From a virus (Duplodnaviria; Caudoviricetes): DNA of 38,194 nt. Within the stretch, counting starts at the first letter, position 1. Every line of letters starts with the position of its first letter. The translations under genes were made by a program, and so were the position numbers. Below, piece by piece: positions 26,101-35,722 of this stretch. Under the pieces are notes generated by a model. It was not told the DNA's origin, did not search any database, and saw only the letters and a program-made list of their open reading frames with translations. The stretch is taken from the IMG/VR virus record IMGVR_UViG_3300027804_000013, positions 1 through 38,194 of that record. The stretch is one strand, 5' to 3'.

Positions 26101-27039
26101 ATGGCTATTCACGGAGACGCTCTCCAGACACTTCTCGCAACCACGGTTGCGAACTACCGCAAGACGCTGACGGACAACGTGTTCAACGCACGTCCGCTGA
26201 CCTACTTCCTCATGGACAAGGGTCGCATCCGCATGCTGAACGGCGGAACCAACATCGTCGAGCCGCTGATCTACGGTGAGAACACCACCGTGGCTTCGTA
26301 CTCGGGCTACGACACCATCTCGCTCACCCCGCAATCGGGCATCACCGCTGCCGAGTTCGATTGGAAGCAGTACGCTGCTTCGGTCGCTATCTCGGGCATC
26401 GAGGAGGCTAAGAACAACGGTGAGCAGGCGATGGTGAACCTGCTCGAAGCGAAGATCATGCAGGCCGAGGAGTCGATGAAGGAAGGCTTCAACGCCATGT
26501 TCTTCGGTGACGGCACGGGTAACTCGGGCAAGAACTGGAACGGTCTCGGCAACCTCGTCGAGTCGGGCAACAGCGTCGGCGGAATCGATTCGTCCAGCGA
26601 GACTTGGTGGCGTTCGTACGAGGAGAACACCGCTGGTGCTTTGACCCTCGCTCAGATGACCACCGCCTACAACACCGTGTCGGTCGGAAACGATCATCCC
26701 GACATGGTGCTCGGCACCCAGACCCTGTTCGAGAAGTATGAGAGCCTGCTGCAGCCGCAGTTGCGCTACACGGACACCAAGACTGCAGATGCTGGCTTCC
26801 AGAACCTGCTGTTCAAGGCTGCTCCCGTGGCGTACGACGTGGACTGCCCCGCTGGCACCATGTACTTCCTGAACAGCAAGTACATCACGCTGGTCGGTCA
26901 CAGCGACAAGTGGTTCGAGGTCACGCCGTTCGTGAAGCCCGAGAACCTCGATGCTCGCTACTCGCTGATCCTGTGCTACGGCAACCTGACCGTGCGCAAC
27001 CGCAAGAAGCAGGGCAAGTTGACGGCGAAGACCGCCTGA
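26101..27039 (+). CDS. Major capsid protein
   Basis: Position after the scaffold; strong RBS and codon bias; AEFDWKQ, GFQNL.F and YFLNSKY motifs; followed by a terminator. Confidence 0.9.
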   Translation: MAIHGDALQTLLATTVANYRKTLTDNVFNARPLTYFLMDKGRIRMLNGGTNIVEPLIYGENTTVASYSGYDTISLTPQSGITAAEFDWKQYAASVAISGIEEAKNNGEQAMVNLLEAKIMQAEESMKEGFNAMFFGDGTGNSGKNWNGLGNLVESGNSVGGIDSSSETWWRSYEENTAGALTLAQMTTAYNTVSVGNDHPDMVLGTQTLFEKYESLLQPQLRYTDTKTADAGFQNLLFKAAPVAYDVDCPAGTMYFLNSKYITLVGHSDKWFEVTPFVKPENLDARYSLILCYGNLTVRNRKKQGKLTAKTA

Positions 27040-27059
27040 TTCTTCCCGACAAGAACATG

Positions 27060-27093
27060 GAAGCCCGTCCCTTTGGGGGCGGGCTTCTGTGTT
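27060..27093 (+). terminator. Intrinsic terminator after the major capsid gene
   Basis: GAAGCCCGTCCC-tttg-GGGGCGGGCTTC-TGTGTT. Confidence 0.75.
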
Positions 27094-27117
27094 CGTAGGT
27101 AACGAAATTGGCTATTG

Positions 27118-27351
27118 ATGATGGCTGGAACACCCGCATACGCCCTGTACGGAGTACCTGCAACTGCAGCGTCTCGACCCTACGCTACCGCCGACGCATC
27201 ACCTGCGCCTGCGGGTGGCATGCCGTACCTTGGGCACACACGCTGCATGGCAAACGAAGGCACCTGCCAAGGTGCCCGAGCAAAGGAAACGATGTACTGC
27301 ATCGGTCATTTGCGTCAGATGGCTAAGGAGCAGGCACGTGAATCTGAATGA
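27118..27351 (+). CDS. Small CCCH zinc-binding protein
   Basis: RC.....TC.....MYCIGH. Confidence 0.65.
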   Translation: MMAGTPAYALYGVPATAASRPYATADASPAPAGGMPYLGHTRCMANEGTCQGARAKETMYCIGHLRQMAKEQARESE

Positions 27352-28030
27352 GATCCGTTCCAAGATCCGTGAGATCGTCGACCTTGACCAGCAAGATGTC
27401 TCTGACACGTTGTTGACGATGTACATCAAGGACGGCTTTGAGCGCATTATTGCGCTCGAGCGCCGTTGGCCTTTCTTCCAGAAGACGTACGCGCTGAACA
27501 CCACGTCTGGGCAGCGTGCCTATCCGATCAACCTTATCGGTGACGGAGACTTGCGTGAGGTCACTTCTCTCGTCGACACGTCGGCTGTCGGTCGTCGTAT
27601 CGAGTTGATCTCGTACGACGATGCTGAGCAGATTTGGATCGGTTCGTTTGATCAGGCTCAGCGTCCGCTGTACTTCTCGTTGTGGCAAGACAATGTTCAT
27701 CTGTGGCCCAAGCCTGATGCGGTGTATCCGCTGATTGTGCGTGGGTATCGGAAGCCGACTGATTGGACTGTTTCTAACTCGATTGAGGTAGATGCCGACG
27801 AGCGGTTGCATCAGGCGCTCGTCTACTATGGCGTCGCTCAGGTGTACCAGTTGCAGGAAGATGTCGAACTGGCGACGTTCTACCGTCGCACGTTCGACGA
27901 GGCTGTCCGTCTTGCTACCGCAGACATTATGCGTCCGCCGTCTCAGCGTCCGCTGGCTTTCGCTGATGGCGTTCCGCACATGTCTAGCCGCTGGTGGTTG
28001 CAGAGCCTTGGCAGGACTCTTGGTCAATGA
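27338..28030 (+). CDS. Head-tail adaptor / tail tubular protein A-like
   Basis: GTG start after AAGGAG; WPFF, LWPKPD.VY and HQALVYYG motifs; synteny. Confidence 0.8.
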   Translation: MNLNEIRSKIREIVDLDQQDVSDTLLTMYIKDGFERIIALERRWPFFQKTYALNTTSGQRAYPINLIGDGDLREVTSLVDTSAVGRRIELISYDDAEQIWIGSFDQAQRPLYFSLWQDNVHLWPKPDAVYPLIVRGYRKPTDWTVSNSIEVDADERLHQALVYYGVAQVYQLQEDVELATFYRRTFDEAVRLATADIMRPPSQRPLAFADGVPHMSSRWWLQSLGRTLGQ

Positions 28031-29640
28031 GCCGTCTGTCGTTGCTTCGTACCGACGATTTTACGGGCGGTTTGAATCTTCGTGCTGACCCGTTTCAGTT
28101 GGGTGTAAGCGAGTCTCCTGATTTGTTGAACGTGGATATTGATCCACGTGGCGGGTTCGCTATGCGTGGCGGTATGCAGAAGTTGAATGCTTCTGCGATT
28201 GGTGGGATTGCGAACGGTTCGTTTGCTCCGAAGAGGGTGTGGGCTTGGAATGCGGCTACGCCGCAGTTATTGTTGGCTGCGAATAATGCTGTCTATTATG
28301 CGACGACAACAGCGTTTGCTTCTTGTTCGATTGCTACGACTGCACCGTTTGGCGGGTCGTTTGCAGAGTGGACTACTGGGTCGGCAAGTTCTGTGTATGT
28401 GGCGACTGGTACTACTTCGAAGAAGTGGAATGGTTCTACGTCTACTTCGTTGACTGCGTCTGGGGCGGGTCAATGGCAGGAGGATTTGTCGAACTCGAAT
28501 GGCACCCACATGCCGACTGCCCGCTTTGCGGCGTCGCATGTGGATCGCATGTGGGTTGGTTATACGACTGAGGATGGCACGGATTATCCAAACCGTGTGC
28601 GTTTCTCGCATCCGTTCTTCCCTGAGTCTTGGCGGTCTGACGATTACATCGACATCGTTGAGGGCGGTTCGGGGATTACGGCTGTTGTGCCGTTCAATGG
28701 CAATCTTCTGGTGTTCAAGAAGCGTGGTGTGTTTGCGATCCTCGGGTATTCGACTGACACGTTTCAGGTGGTGACGTTGTCGACTGAGGTGGGTGCGGTG
28801 AACCCTCAGGCTGTTGCTGTGTCTGAGCGTGCTATCTATTTCTTCTCGTGGCCCGATGGTTTGATGATGTACGACGGGCAGAAGTTTCTGGATTTGTTTA
28901 CGCAGATCCGACCCGCCATTCAGGATGGGTCGATCTTTGAGGGTTCTCAGGATTCGATTGCTGTGTCGTGGACGAACCGCAAGGTGTGGGTTGCTGTGCC
29001 GTGGGGCGATAGCACGAAGGCGAAGTATTCGTTTGTTTATGACCCGTCGTTGGGGGAGCGTGGTGCTTGGACTAAGTATCAGACGTCGGATGAGTTTGGT
29101 GTCGGTTTGGGCGCTGATTTTGCTACGTCGACTGGCAGCACTTATCGGATCATGGCTCATCCGAGTAACCCGTATCTTCTCAAGGTTGATTTGCAGTTTG
29201 TTTATCAAGATGATGTCGGCGCTGGTGCTTCGAACTTTGGCTCGTACTATGTCACGAGATGGCATGATGCGGGCAGTATCTCTGCTCGAAAGATGTGGCG
29301 TCGACCCGACTTTGTTGCGAAGCAAACAACAGTCGATACGACGCTGACAATGCAGGTGTACCACGACTGGGAAGAGTCTGTAGTGTCACGAGTATTCCAG
29401 TTGTTCCTTGATGGTTCGTCAGATGCTTTGGTGTGGTCGCCTCTGGGGACAGAACCTGACGGCATCGAAGGTTGGAACGAAGCGAACTGGGGCGAGTCTG
29501 CAACTGGTGCAATCTTTGTGAAGGGTTCAAATCTTGGTTTGGCTCGTTCTATCCAGTTGAAGATTTCGTCGAGCGGCGGGAAGCCATGGGGAATCAATTC
29601 TGTTACATATAAGTTCAACCCTCGAAAGGTGCGTGCCTGA
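28027..29640 (+). CDS. Tail nozzle / tubular protein B (stabilisation protein)
   Basis: DFTGGLN...NVDI..RGG start; beta-propeller-like sequence; synteny. Confidence 0.8.
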   Translation: MSRLSLLRTDDFTGGLNLRADPFQLGVSESPDLLNVDIDPRGGFAMRGGMQKLNASAIGGIANGSFAPKRVWAWNAATPQLLLAANNAVYYATTTAFASCSIATTAPFGGSFAEWTTGSASSVYVATGTTSKKWNGSTSTSLTASGAGQWQEDLSNSNGTHMPTARFAASHVDRMWVGYTTEDGTDYPNRVRFSHPFFPESWRSDDYIDIVEGGSGITAVVPFNGNLLVFKKRGVFAILGYSTDTFQVVTLSTEVGAVNPQAVAVSERAIYFFSWPDGLMMYDGQKFLDLFTQIRPAIQDGSIFEGSQDSIAVSWTNRKVWVAVPWGDSTKAKYSFVYDPSLGERGAWTKYQTSDEFGVGLGADFATSTGSTYRIMAHPSNPYLLKVDLQFVYQDDVGAGASNFGSYYVTRWHDAGSISARKMWRRPDFVAKQTTVDTTLTMQVYHDWEESVVSRVFQLFLDGSSDALVWSPLGTEPDGIEGWNEANWGESATGAIFVKGSNLGLARSIQLKISSSGGKPWGINSVTYKFNPRKVRA

Positions 29641-30677
29641 TGGCTACTGCTTCTGTCACTTACGTGTTTGCCAACGGCACTAACGCCGATGGCACACAAG
29701 TCAATGCCAACTTCACTTCGGTGCTCAACTTTCTGAACACCGAAGTTGTCCAGCGTGACGCTTCTATTGCTTTCACCTCGATCCCGACGTTGCCTGCGAC
29801 GACACCTACGTTGGACAACCATGCTGTCCGCAAGGCATATGTCGATGCGTTCATTCCTGCTGGCATCATCACTCAGTATGGTGGTGCTGTTGCGCCGAGC
29901 GGATGGTTTATTTGCGACGGTTCGGCTGTGTCACGCACGAACCCGACTTACAGTCGGTTGTTCGCTGCGATCGGAACCACCTACGGCGCTGGTGACGGTA
30001 GCACCACGTTCAATGTTCCGAACCTGAAGGGTCGTGTGCCTGTAGGTTTTGATTCTACGCAAACCGAGTTTGACGCTTTGGCTGAGACTGGTGGTGCGAA
30101 GACTCATACTTTGGTTCAGAGCGAAATGCCTGCCCACACGCATACTCAGGATGCTCACAACCATACGCAAAATGCGCACACGCATGTTCAGGATGCGCAC
30201 ACGCATACGCAAGATGCGCATAACCATTCGCAGAACTCGCATAACCATGCTCAAGATGCGCATGGGCATAGTGCTAATGCGCATAATCATTTTGTCTATA
30301 TTGAGACTGGCTCTAATGGTTCTCATAGCCATAGTGCATTCTTGTCAGCATCAAATAGTGGTAGATCTAGTGGTAGTACTTTGACTGCAAACCTTGGTGG
30401 CACTGACAACACTAGTTCTGCTGGTACTCACTCACACCTTGTTGCAGGATACACAGGAGATACCACTCCAACTGTCAACGCCAATACTGCAACGAACCAG
30501 GCCACTACTGCAACAAATAACGCTGCTACTGCTACCAACCAGTCCAATACTGCAGTTAACCAAAATGCTATAGCCGTGAACTTGGCGGCTACAGCCACTA
30601 ACCAGTCAACTGGTGGTGGCGGAGCGCACAATAACCTTCAACCTTATATCGTGGTGAATCACATCATCAAACTCTGA
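29640..30677 (+). CDS. Tail-collar domain fibre/needle protein with HxH repeats
   Basis: PSGWFICDG.AVSRT...LFAAIGTTYGAGDGSTTFNVPNLKGR collar domain; HNNLQPY C-terminus. Confidence 0.88.
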   Translation: MATASVTYVFANGTNADGTQVNANFTSVLNFLNTEVVQRDASIAFTSIPTLPATTPTLDNHAVRKAYVDAFIPAGIITQYGGAVAPSGWFICDGSAVSRTNPTYSRLFAAIGTTYGAGDGSTTFNVPNLKGRVPVGFDSTQTEFDALAETGGAKTHTLVQSEMPAHTHTQDAHNHTQNAHTHVQDAHTHTQDAHNHSQNSHNHAQDAHGHSANAHNHFVYIETGSNGSHSHSAFLSASNSGRSSGSTLTANLGGTDNTSSAGTHSHLVAGYTGDTTPTVNANTATNQATTATNNAATATNQSNTAVNQNAIAVNLAATATNQSTGGGGAHNNLQPYIVVNHIIKL

Positions 30678-32659
30678 TGGAGAAGTGGACTGCGCCCGCA
30701 ATTGCATCCCTGAGGGGTGACAATACGATCCCCCTTCAGCGCACCTTCGGGTCGCTGACGGAGTATCTGTCGTTGCTGGCTGATTCCTATTTGCCTGCTG
30801 GAGGTACTGCGGGTCAGATTCTTTCAAAGATTGATGGAACAGATTACAACACGCAATGGATTGATAACTTTGCTGAGAAGACGAAGGCGTTGGTGAAGAG
30901 CGATAACGCCGCAACCCTTCCGAAAGGTGCGGCTGTTTATACGTCTGGTGCGAACGGCACAAACATTCTTGTGAAAGGGGCCATCGCTACAAGCGATGCC
31001 ACCTCTGCTACCGTTCTGGGTTTGTTGGATCAGTCACTAGCCTACAACGGTCAGGGTTATGTAGTTACTGAAGGTCTTGTGACTGGCATCGACACGAGTG
31101 CGGCTGTTGCGGGTGATCCTGTGTGGTTGTCACCTACGGTTGTTGGTGGTCTTCTGTTTGGTTTGGCGAATAAGCCGCACGCTCCGTACCATCTTGTTTA
31201 TTTGGGTGTTGTGACTCGTGCTCATGCGATCAATGGTGAGATCAATGTTCATATGTTGAATGGCTGGGAGTTGGAGGAGTTGCACAACGTCTCGGCTTTG
31301 TCGCCTTCGACTGGTGATACGATTGTTTACAATGCGTCGACATCGTTGTGGGAGAAGGGTAAGTATCCTGCTGGGCAGTTGTCTGGTACCGCTTTGCCTG
31401 CGGCTATTGTTTCTTCAAGTCTGACGTCTGTTGGCACGTTGACTACTGGTTCAATTCCCGCAACTTTGTTGACTGGAACTATTGCGTCTGCCAGATTGTC
31501 TGGCTCCTATACGGGCATAACCTCAGTCGGCACACTTGGATCTCTTTCTTCTAGCGGAACTATTAGCGGACTAATAATTACTGGCGACGACACTTATTCG
31601 CCAAGCATTTCCTTGAAGGGTTGGTCTACCGATGGCGGTTGGGCTGCCGTCGAATCCAACAGAGGATATTTGCTATTGGGCCATCCAAGTTCTAATGGTG
31701 TTTACCTGAGGTCATTTTCGACATCAGCGGCTGTACGCATCGGGGCCAACAACCAAGACACATTGACTCTTGGATATGACGGGGCTTCCTATACCGCAAC
31801 AATCAATGGTCTTGCTTATTGCAATGGCTGGTGGAGAAGTACGGGCAATAGCGGTTGGTATAGCGAAACATACGGTGGCGGAATCTACATGATTGATTCT
31901 ACGTGGGTTCGTGTGTACAACGGTAAGAGTTTTTATGTCGGAGGCGGACAACTACACAACGCCAGAACAAGTGGTGGCACATACGATACTGGTACATATT
32001 ATGCCCACGGCAACGGTGGACAGACAGGAATTGGTTTTTACCACATTACTGGAACAACAATAAACTTGGCTTCCAGCGACACAACTTTTTATTTCAGAAA
32101 CTCCAACAACACTCAGTATGTTGGAGTAGCCGCAATTATCTACAACCAGTCCTCTAGAGAACTGAAGCAAGACATAACAAACTTCCCACAAAAAGTGAGA
32201 AGTGTCGGTGCCGCCGCAAACACTCTGCTTGAAAATAGTGCCCTAGATATTGTCGACAAACTACAACCAAGGTTTTACAGATGGGATTGGGAAAAAACCT
32301 TTGGGGATGAGTTGCCTCGTGATGAACGAAGGCGAAAGGCTTTGAGCCGCCTAAATGAAATCAGGAGACAAAAAGGTCTTGACCCGTTTGTGAGTGACGA
32401 AACAATACATACATGTGGCAGGGACTGCGATGCCCCCGAGGGCGATACTTGCAATCGTGTGAAGGATTGGGAGTTCGGTTCCATCGGCTTTGTTGCCGAG
32501 GAAGTCGGAGAAGTGATCCCACAAGCCGCTCGTTTTGATATGCAGGGAAAGTTTACATCAGTTGATTCCGTGGCTCTGAATGCAATATGTGTCGCCGCCA
32601 TCAAGGAACTGAAGCAACAATTGGAGGAATTGCGTGGAACAGCAACAACAGCAGGTTGA
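30677..32659 (+). CDS. Tail fibre with C-terminal peptidase S74 intramolecular chaperone
   Basis: Gly/Ser/Thr-rich shaft; SSRELKQDI cleavage motif; GFVAEEV..VIP; terminal coiled coil. Confidence 0.85.
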   Translation: MEKWTAPAIASLRGDNTIPLQRTFGSLTEYLSLLADSYLPAGGTAGQILSKIDGTDYNTQWIDNFAEKTKALVKSDNAATLPKGAAVYTSGANGTNILVKGAIATSDATSATVLGLLDQSLAYNGQGYVVTEGLVTGIDTSAAVAGDPVWLSPTVVGGLLFGLANKPHAPYHLVYLGVVTRAHAINGEINVHMLNGWELEELHNVSALSPSTGDTIVYNASTSLWEKGKYPAGQLSGTALPAAIVSSSLTSVGTLTTGSIPATLLTGTIASARLSGSYTGITSVGTLGSLSSSGTISGLIITGDDTYSPSISLKGWSTDGGWAAVESNRGYLLLGHPSSNGVYLRSFSTSAAVRIGANNQDTLTLGYDGASYTATINGLAYCNGWWRSTGNSGWYSETYGGGIYMIDSTWVRVYNGKSFYVGGGQLHNARTSGGTYDTGTYYAHGNGGQTGIGFYHITGTTINLASSDTTFYFRNSNNTQYVGVAAIIYNQSSRELKQDITNFPQKVRSVGAAANTLLENSALDIVDKLQPRFYRWDWEKTFGDELPRDERRRKALSRLNEIRRQKGLDPFVSDETIHTCGRDCDAPEGDTCNRVKDWEFGSIGFVAEEVGEVIPQAARFDMQGKFTSVDSVALNAICVAAIKELKQQLEELRGTATTAG

Positions 32660-32780
32660 CGTCAACAAGGTGATCGAATCGTTGACCCGCCAAATATCCG
32701 AATACGCCCAAAAAGTTGCTTTGCTGGAGGCATATGTGGCCTCCCAGCCAGAAACTTCGAGTAACGAAAAAGCAGATTAG
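32634..32780 (+). CDS. Small coiled-coil protein (possible fibre chaperone)
   Basis: GGAGG RBS and GTG start; MEQQQQQVDVNKVIESL...; 48 aa. Confidence 0.6.
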   Translation: MEQQQQQVDVNKVIESLTRQISEYAQKVALLEAYVASQPETSSNEKAD

Positions 32781-32782
32781 TG

Positions 32783-33214
32783 ATGACACTTGCCAATCTT
32801 GGACTGCAATATGAACCACGTCGCCGTGCCGCTGCTGGGCAGCGGGATGCGATGCTGGCCCAGAACGCCTTCAGTCGTTTCCTGTCGCAACAGCGTGGGT
32901 CACGTCAGATCTCGGATCTGGATCGTGGTATGGCTCGTGGTGTTGAGGGTGTGTCCGCTGGTTACGGTCGCCGTGGGCTACGTAACAGCGGCATTATGGG
33001 TGAAGGCATGCGGGAGTATGCCAGAGGCTGGCAGACGAACCGCAACGACATGATGCAGGTTCTGGCTGACAAGTTGAATGAGTTGAACTTGTCTGATGCT
33101 CGAGCAAATGCTGACTTTGCGGCGATCGAAGCGGAGATTGAGGGGCAGAAGCAGCGTGACATTCTTGCGACTGCTGCGAGTTTGGCGGGCATGCGTCCGT
33201 TCTTGGGAGGTTGA
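32783..33214 (+). CDS. Putative internal virion/ejection protein
   Basis: Helical, with an RRGLRNSG motif; position before the large helical proteins. Confidence 0.65.
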   Translation: MTLANLGLQYEPRRRAAAGQRDAMLAQNAFSRFLSQQRGSRQISDLDRGMARGVEGVSAGYGRRGLRNSGIMGEGMREYARGWQTNRNDMMQVLADKLNELNLSDARANADFAAIEAEIEGQKQRDILATAASLAGMRPFLGG

Positions 33215-33216
33215 TC

Positions 33217-34440
33217 ATGGCACGCCGTTATGGTTCTGCGGATGCTGAAGAGCGTCGTATCAATGTGGGTCGCACTCAGCCGACTCAGCCGACTCCGCCG
33301 TCGTCTGGTTCGACTCGTGTGCGTGCAGGTCTTCCTGCTGCTCTTGACATGTATGAGGGTCAGTTGCCGTGGAAGGAGATTGCTTCTGGCAATCAGGACT
33401 TTGTGAATGCTGCTGCCGAGTGGGATGCGATGCCCACGAAACCTGCTGGCATCGACAAGTGGACGTGGATCTATCACAATGCTCAGGCTGGTCGTCGGGC
33501 TGCTGGAACTGCTGCCAATGAGTTGAACAACCCGTTTGGCGGTAGTGGTGGTGGCGGTGGCGGTAGCGGTAATGCGCCGTTGATGTCGACGTTGAGTTCT
33601 CTTGTTGCTGGCATGGGCGGTGGTGGGAACGCTGCTGATATCACGTCTGGTTATGGCGGTCTTGTGGGTGGTGCCCGTGAAAACGCTGCTGCTCAGCGTG
33701 CTTTGATCGACCAGTATTTCGGTGGCGAGGAGGGGCGTGCTCAGACTCGTTTGAATGAGACGTTGGCTCGTTTGCAGTCGTTGATTGGCGGTGCTCGTGG
33801 TGAACTCGACACGCAGACGGCTGAAGGCCGTCAGCGTATTGATGAGACGACACAGCGAACGTTGGACATGCTTGCAGGTCAACAGAATCCGTTTGCTTCG
33901 TTGCAGGCTGTGTCTGCTCCTGTGGCGGAGTCGCCGTTGATGGCGAACTTGCAGGCGTTGGGTCAGAACACGCAGGGCTTGTCTGCTTTGCAGAACATGT
34001 TTGCTTCTGATGCTGCGGCTAATCGGAATGCTACGCAGGACATGATCAACATGATGGCTGCTTCTGAGACTGCTGGTCAGCAGGGACGCCGTTTGGATGT
34101 TGAGGCTGCTCGTGGTGGTGCACAGCAGGATTTGGCGGCGGCTCAGCGTGCTGCCGCACAGTTGTTGACTAACCAGAGTTTGCAGGGCGAGCAGGCTGCC
34201 CGTGATGCATTCGATCAGGCGATGTCTGGTTTGGGTCAGAGTGCGTTGCAGGCTCGCCTTGGTGTGGGCAACCAGTTGTCTGATGTGTTGAACCAGTTGG
34301 GGTTGGGGCAGTTGCAGGCGACGTTGCAGGATCGTCAGGGTCAGCAGGCTCGTCGTGATGCGCTGGCTGAACAGTTGTTGGCTTTGGCTGGCAATGGTAT
34401 TGATGTTTCAGGGTTGATGCGACAGTTGTTGGGGGCGTAA
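33217..34440 (+). CDS. Putative internal virion/ejection protein
   Basis: Ala/Gln/Gly-rich helical protein; GGAGG RBS. Confidence 0.7.
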   Translation: MARRYGSADAEERRINVGRTQPTQPTPPSSGSTRVRAGLPAALDMYEGQLPWKEIASGNQDFVNAAAEWDAMPTKPAGIDKWTWIYHNAQAGRRAAGTAANELNNPFGGSGGGGGGSGNAPLMSTLSSLVAGMGGGGNAADITSGYGGLVGGARENAAAQRALIDQYFGGEEGRAQTRLNETLARLQSLIGGARGELDTQTAEGRQRIDETTQRTLDMLAGQQNPFASLQAVSAPVAESPLMANLQALGQNTQGLSALQNMFASDAAANRNATQDMINMMAASETAGQQGRRLDVEAARGGAQQDLAAAQRAAAQLLTNQSLQGEQAARDAFDQAMSGLGQSALQARLGVGNQLSDVLNQLGLGQLQATLQDRQGQQARRDALAEQLLALAGNGIDVSGLMRQLLGA

Positions 34441-35705
34441 TGAGCGACGTCGGTATTACTTCGAATCAGTATGGCTACGGGCTTGATCCCGTGTTTCTGT
34501 CGTTGCTGTCTTCGTTGGCAAATAAGGGCCAGAGTCAGCAGACGGACTATATGCAGAACTTGTTGTCGCTTCTGCTTGATCCGAAGTTTGCCGCTACGAG
34601 CGGCAACTTCGATCCGATGTTGGTTCAGCCGCAAGAGTTTAGTCCGACGTATGGGCCGACGTTGTTGGGTGCGCTCAATAGTCCGACACCCATTCTGAGT
34701 CAGATCGCTCAGTCAATTATTGCTGGACAGATCGACCCAATGAATGCAGCCGCCGAAGTAGCGGCTGCGTTGAATGTGAAGCGTGACGAGTACGGCGACA
34801 CACCAAATGCTCAGGGTCTCACTTATGCCTCGGTTGAGGACATGGTGTCGAAGATGTTTGCTGAAGCGGGCGATGTTCGTGAGGCTGAAACAAACTTCTA
34901 TGCGGATCAGCAGAAAGCAATTGCTGACAATGTGTTCAGTAAGGCTGGGTTGCCTCAGCCGACTGAGCGGTACACGATGGAGACTGTGCCTCGGACTTCG
35001 TCTCAGTCCGCCATGTTGCAGAGCATCATGTCGGAGGGTGACAGGCTTGCTCGTGAGCGTGCTGATATTTCGGAGACTGCTTCTGAGGCTGAGAAGGTTG
35101 CTCGTGGTCGCTTCGACAAGGCGGCACGAGAGAATCCTTCTAAGTCTGTCATTCTGGAGTTGGGTGTTCCGAGAGATCTTCGGGAAGCCCGCAACTATGC
35201 GAACCAGTTGGGTATCGATGAGGACTGGTATGTGACCAAGTGGCAGAGGGCGTACAACAAGTCAACTGATTCTGAGGCGGGTGAAGGCAGCACGGATTGG
35301 AATGCGTTGAAGTCTTTCCTTGCTGAAGATATTGAAAACGAGATTTCTGGCAGCGCAGAGAACTTTGCTGAGTGGGCTAACTTCTCGAATCTTGACAAAG
35401 ACCGTGCTTTGAAGGTTCGGGCTGCAATGGAAAGCGGCAAGTTCGAGTTGAAGCCTCGTCAGATGAAACCATCCGAGGAGGAGGCTGGCGAGGTTCAACG
35501 GTTCAGGAACGTTGCTGGGGTGCAGGCTGGTCGAGATGCCACTCAGAAGCAGCGTACGGAGACGCAGCGCCGTCAGGATGCGTTTGACTTCAAGAGCGGG
35601 CTGGCTTCCGCCATGCTGGCTGGGTCTGCTCGAGGTCGGAATACTGTCACCAGTCCCCTTCAGGATGCTCTGTTGAGCAGGCTGAGGGCTGGTTTGGGCA
35701 TGTAA
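34440..35705 (+). CDS. Putative internal virion/ejection protein
   Basis: TAATG coupling to the upstream gene; synteny. Confidence 0.7.
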   Translation: MSDVGITSNQYGYGLDPVFLSLLSSLANKGQSQQTDYMQNLLSLLLDPKFAATSGNFDPMLVQPQEFSPTYGPTLLGALNSPTPILSQIAQSIIAGQIDPMNAAAEVAAALNVKRDEYGDTPNAQGLTYASVEDMVSKMFAEAGDVREAETNFYADQQKAIADNVFSKAGLPQPTERYTMETVPRTSSQSAMLQSIMSEGDRLARERADISETASEAEKVARGRFDKAARENPSKSVILELGVPRDLREARNYANQLGIDEDWYVTKWQRAYNKSTDSEAGEGSTDWNALKSFLAEDIENEISGSAENFAEWANFSNLDKDRALKVRAAMESGKFELKPRQMKPSEEEAGEVQRFRNVAGVQAGRDATQKQRTETQRRQDAFDFKSGLASAMLAGSARGRNTVTSPLQDALLSRLRAGLGM

Positions 35706-35722
35706 CAACCACCCTATTGTTG

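Noticed and set aside
29640-32659. Diversity-generating retroelement or invertible fibre cassette
   Set aside because: No reverse transcriptase, recombinase or template/variable repeat pair was seen
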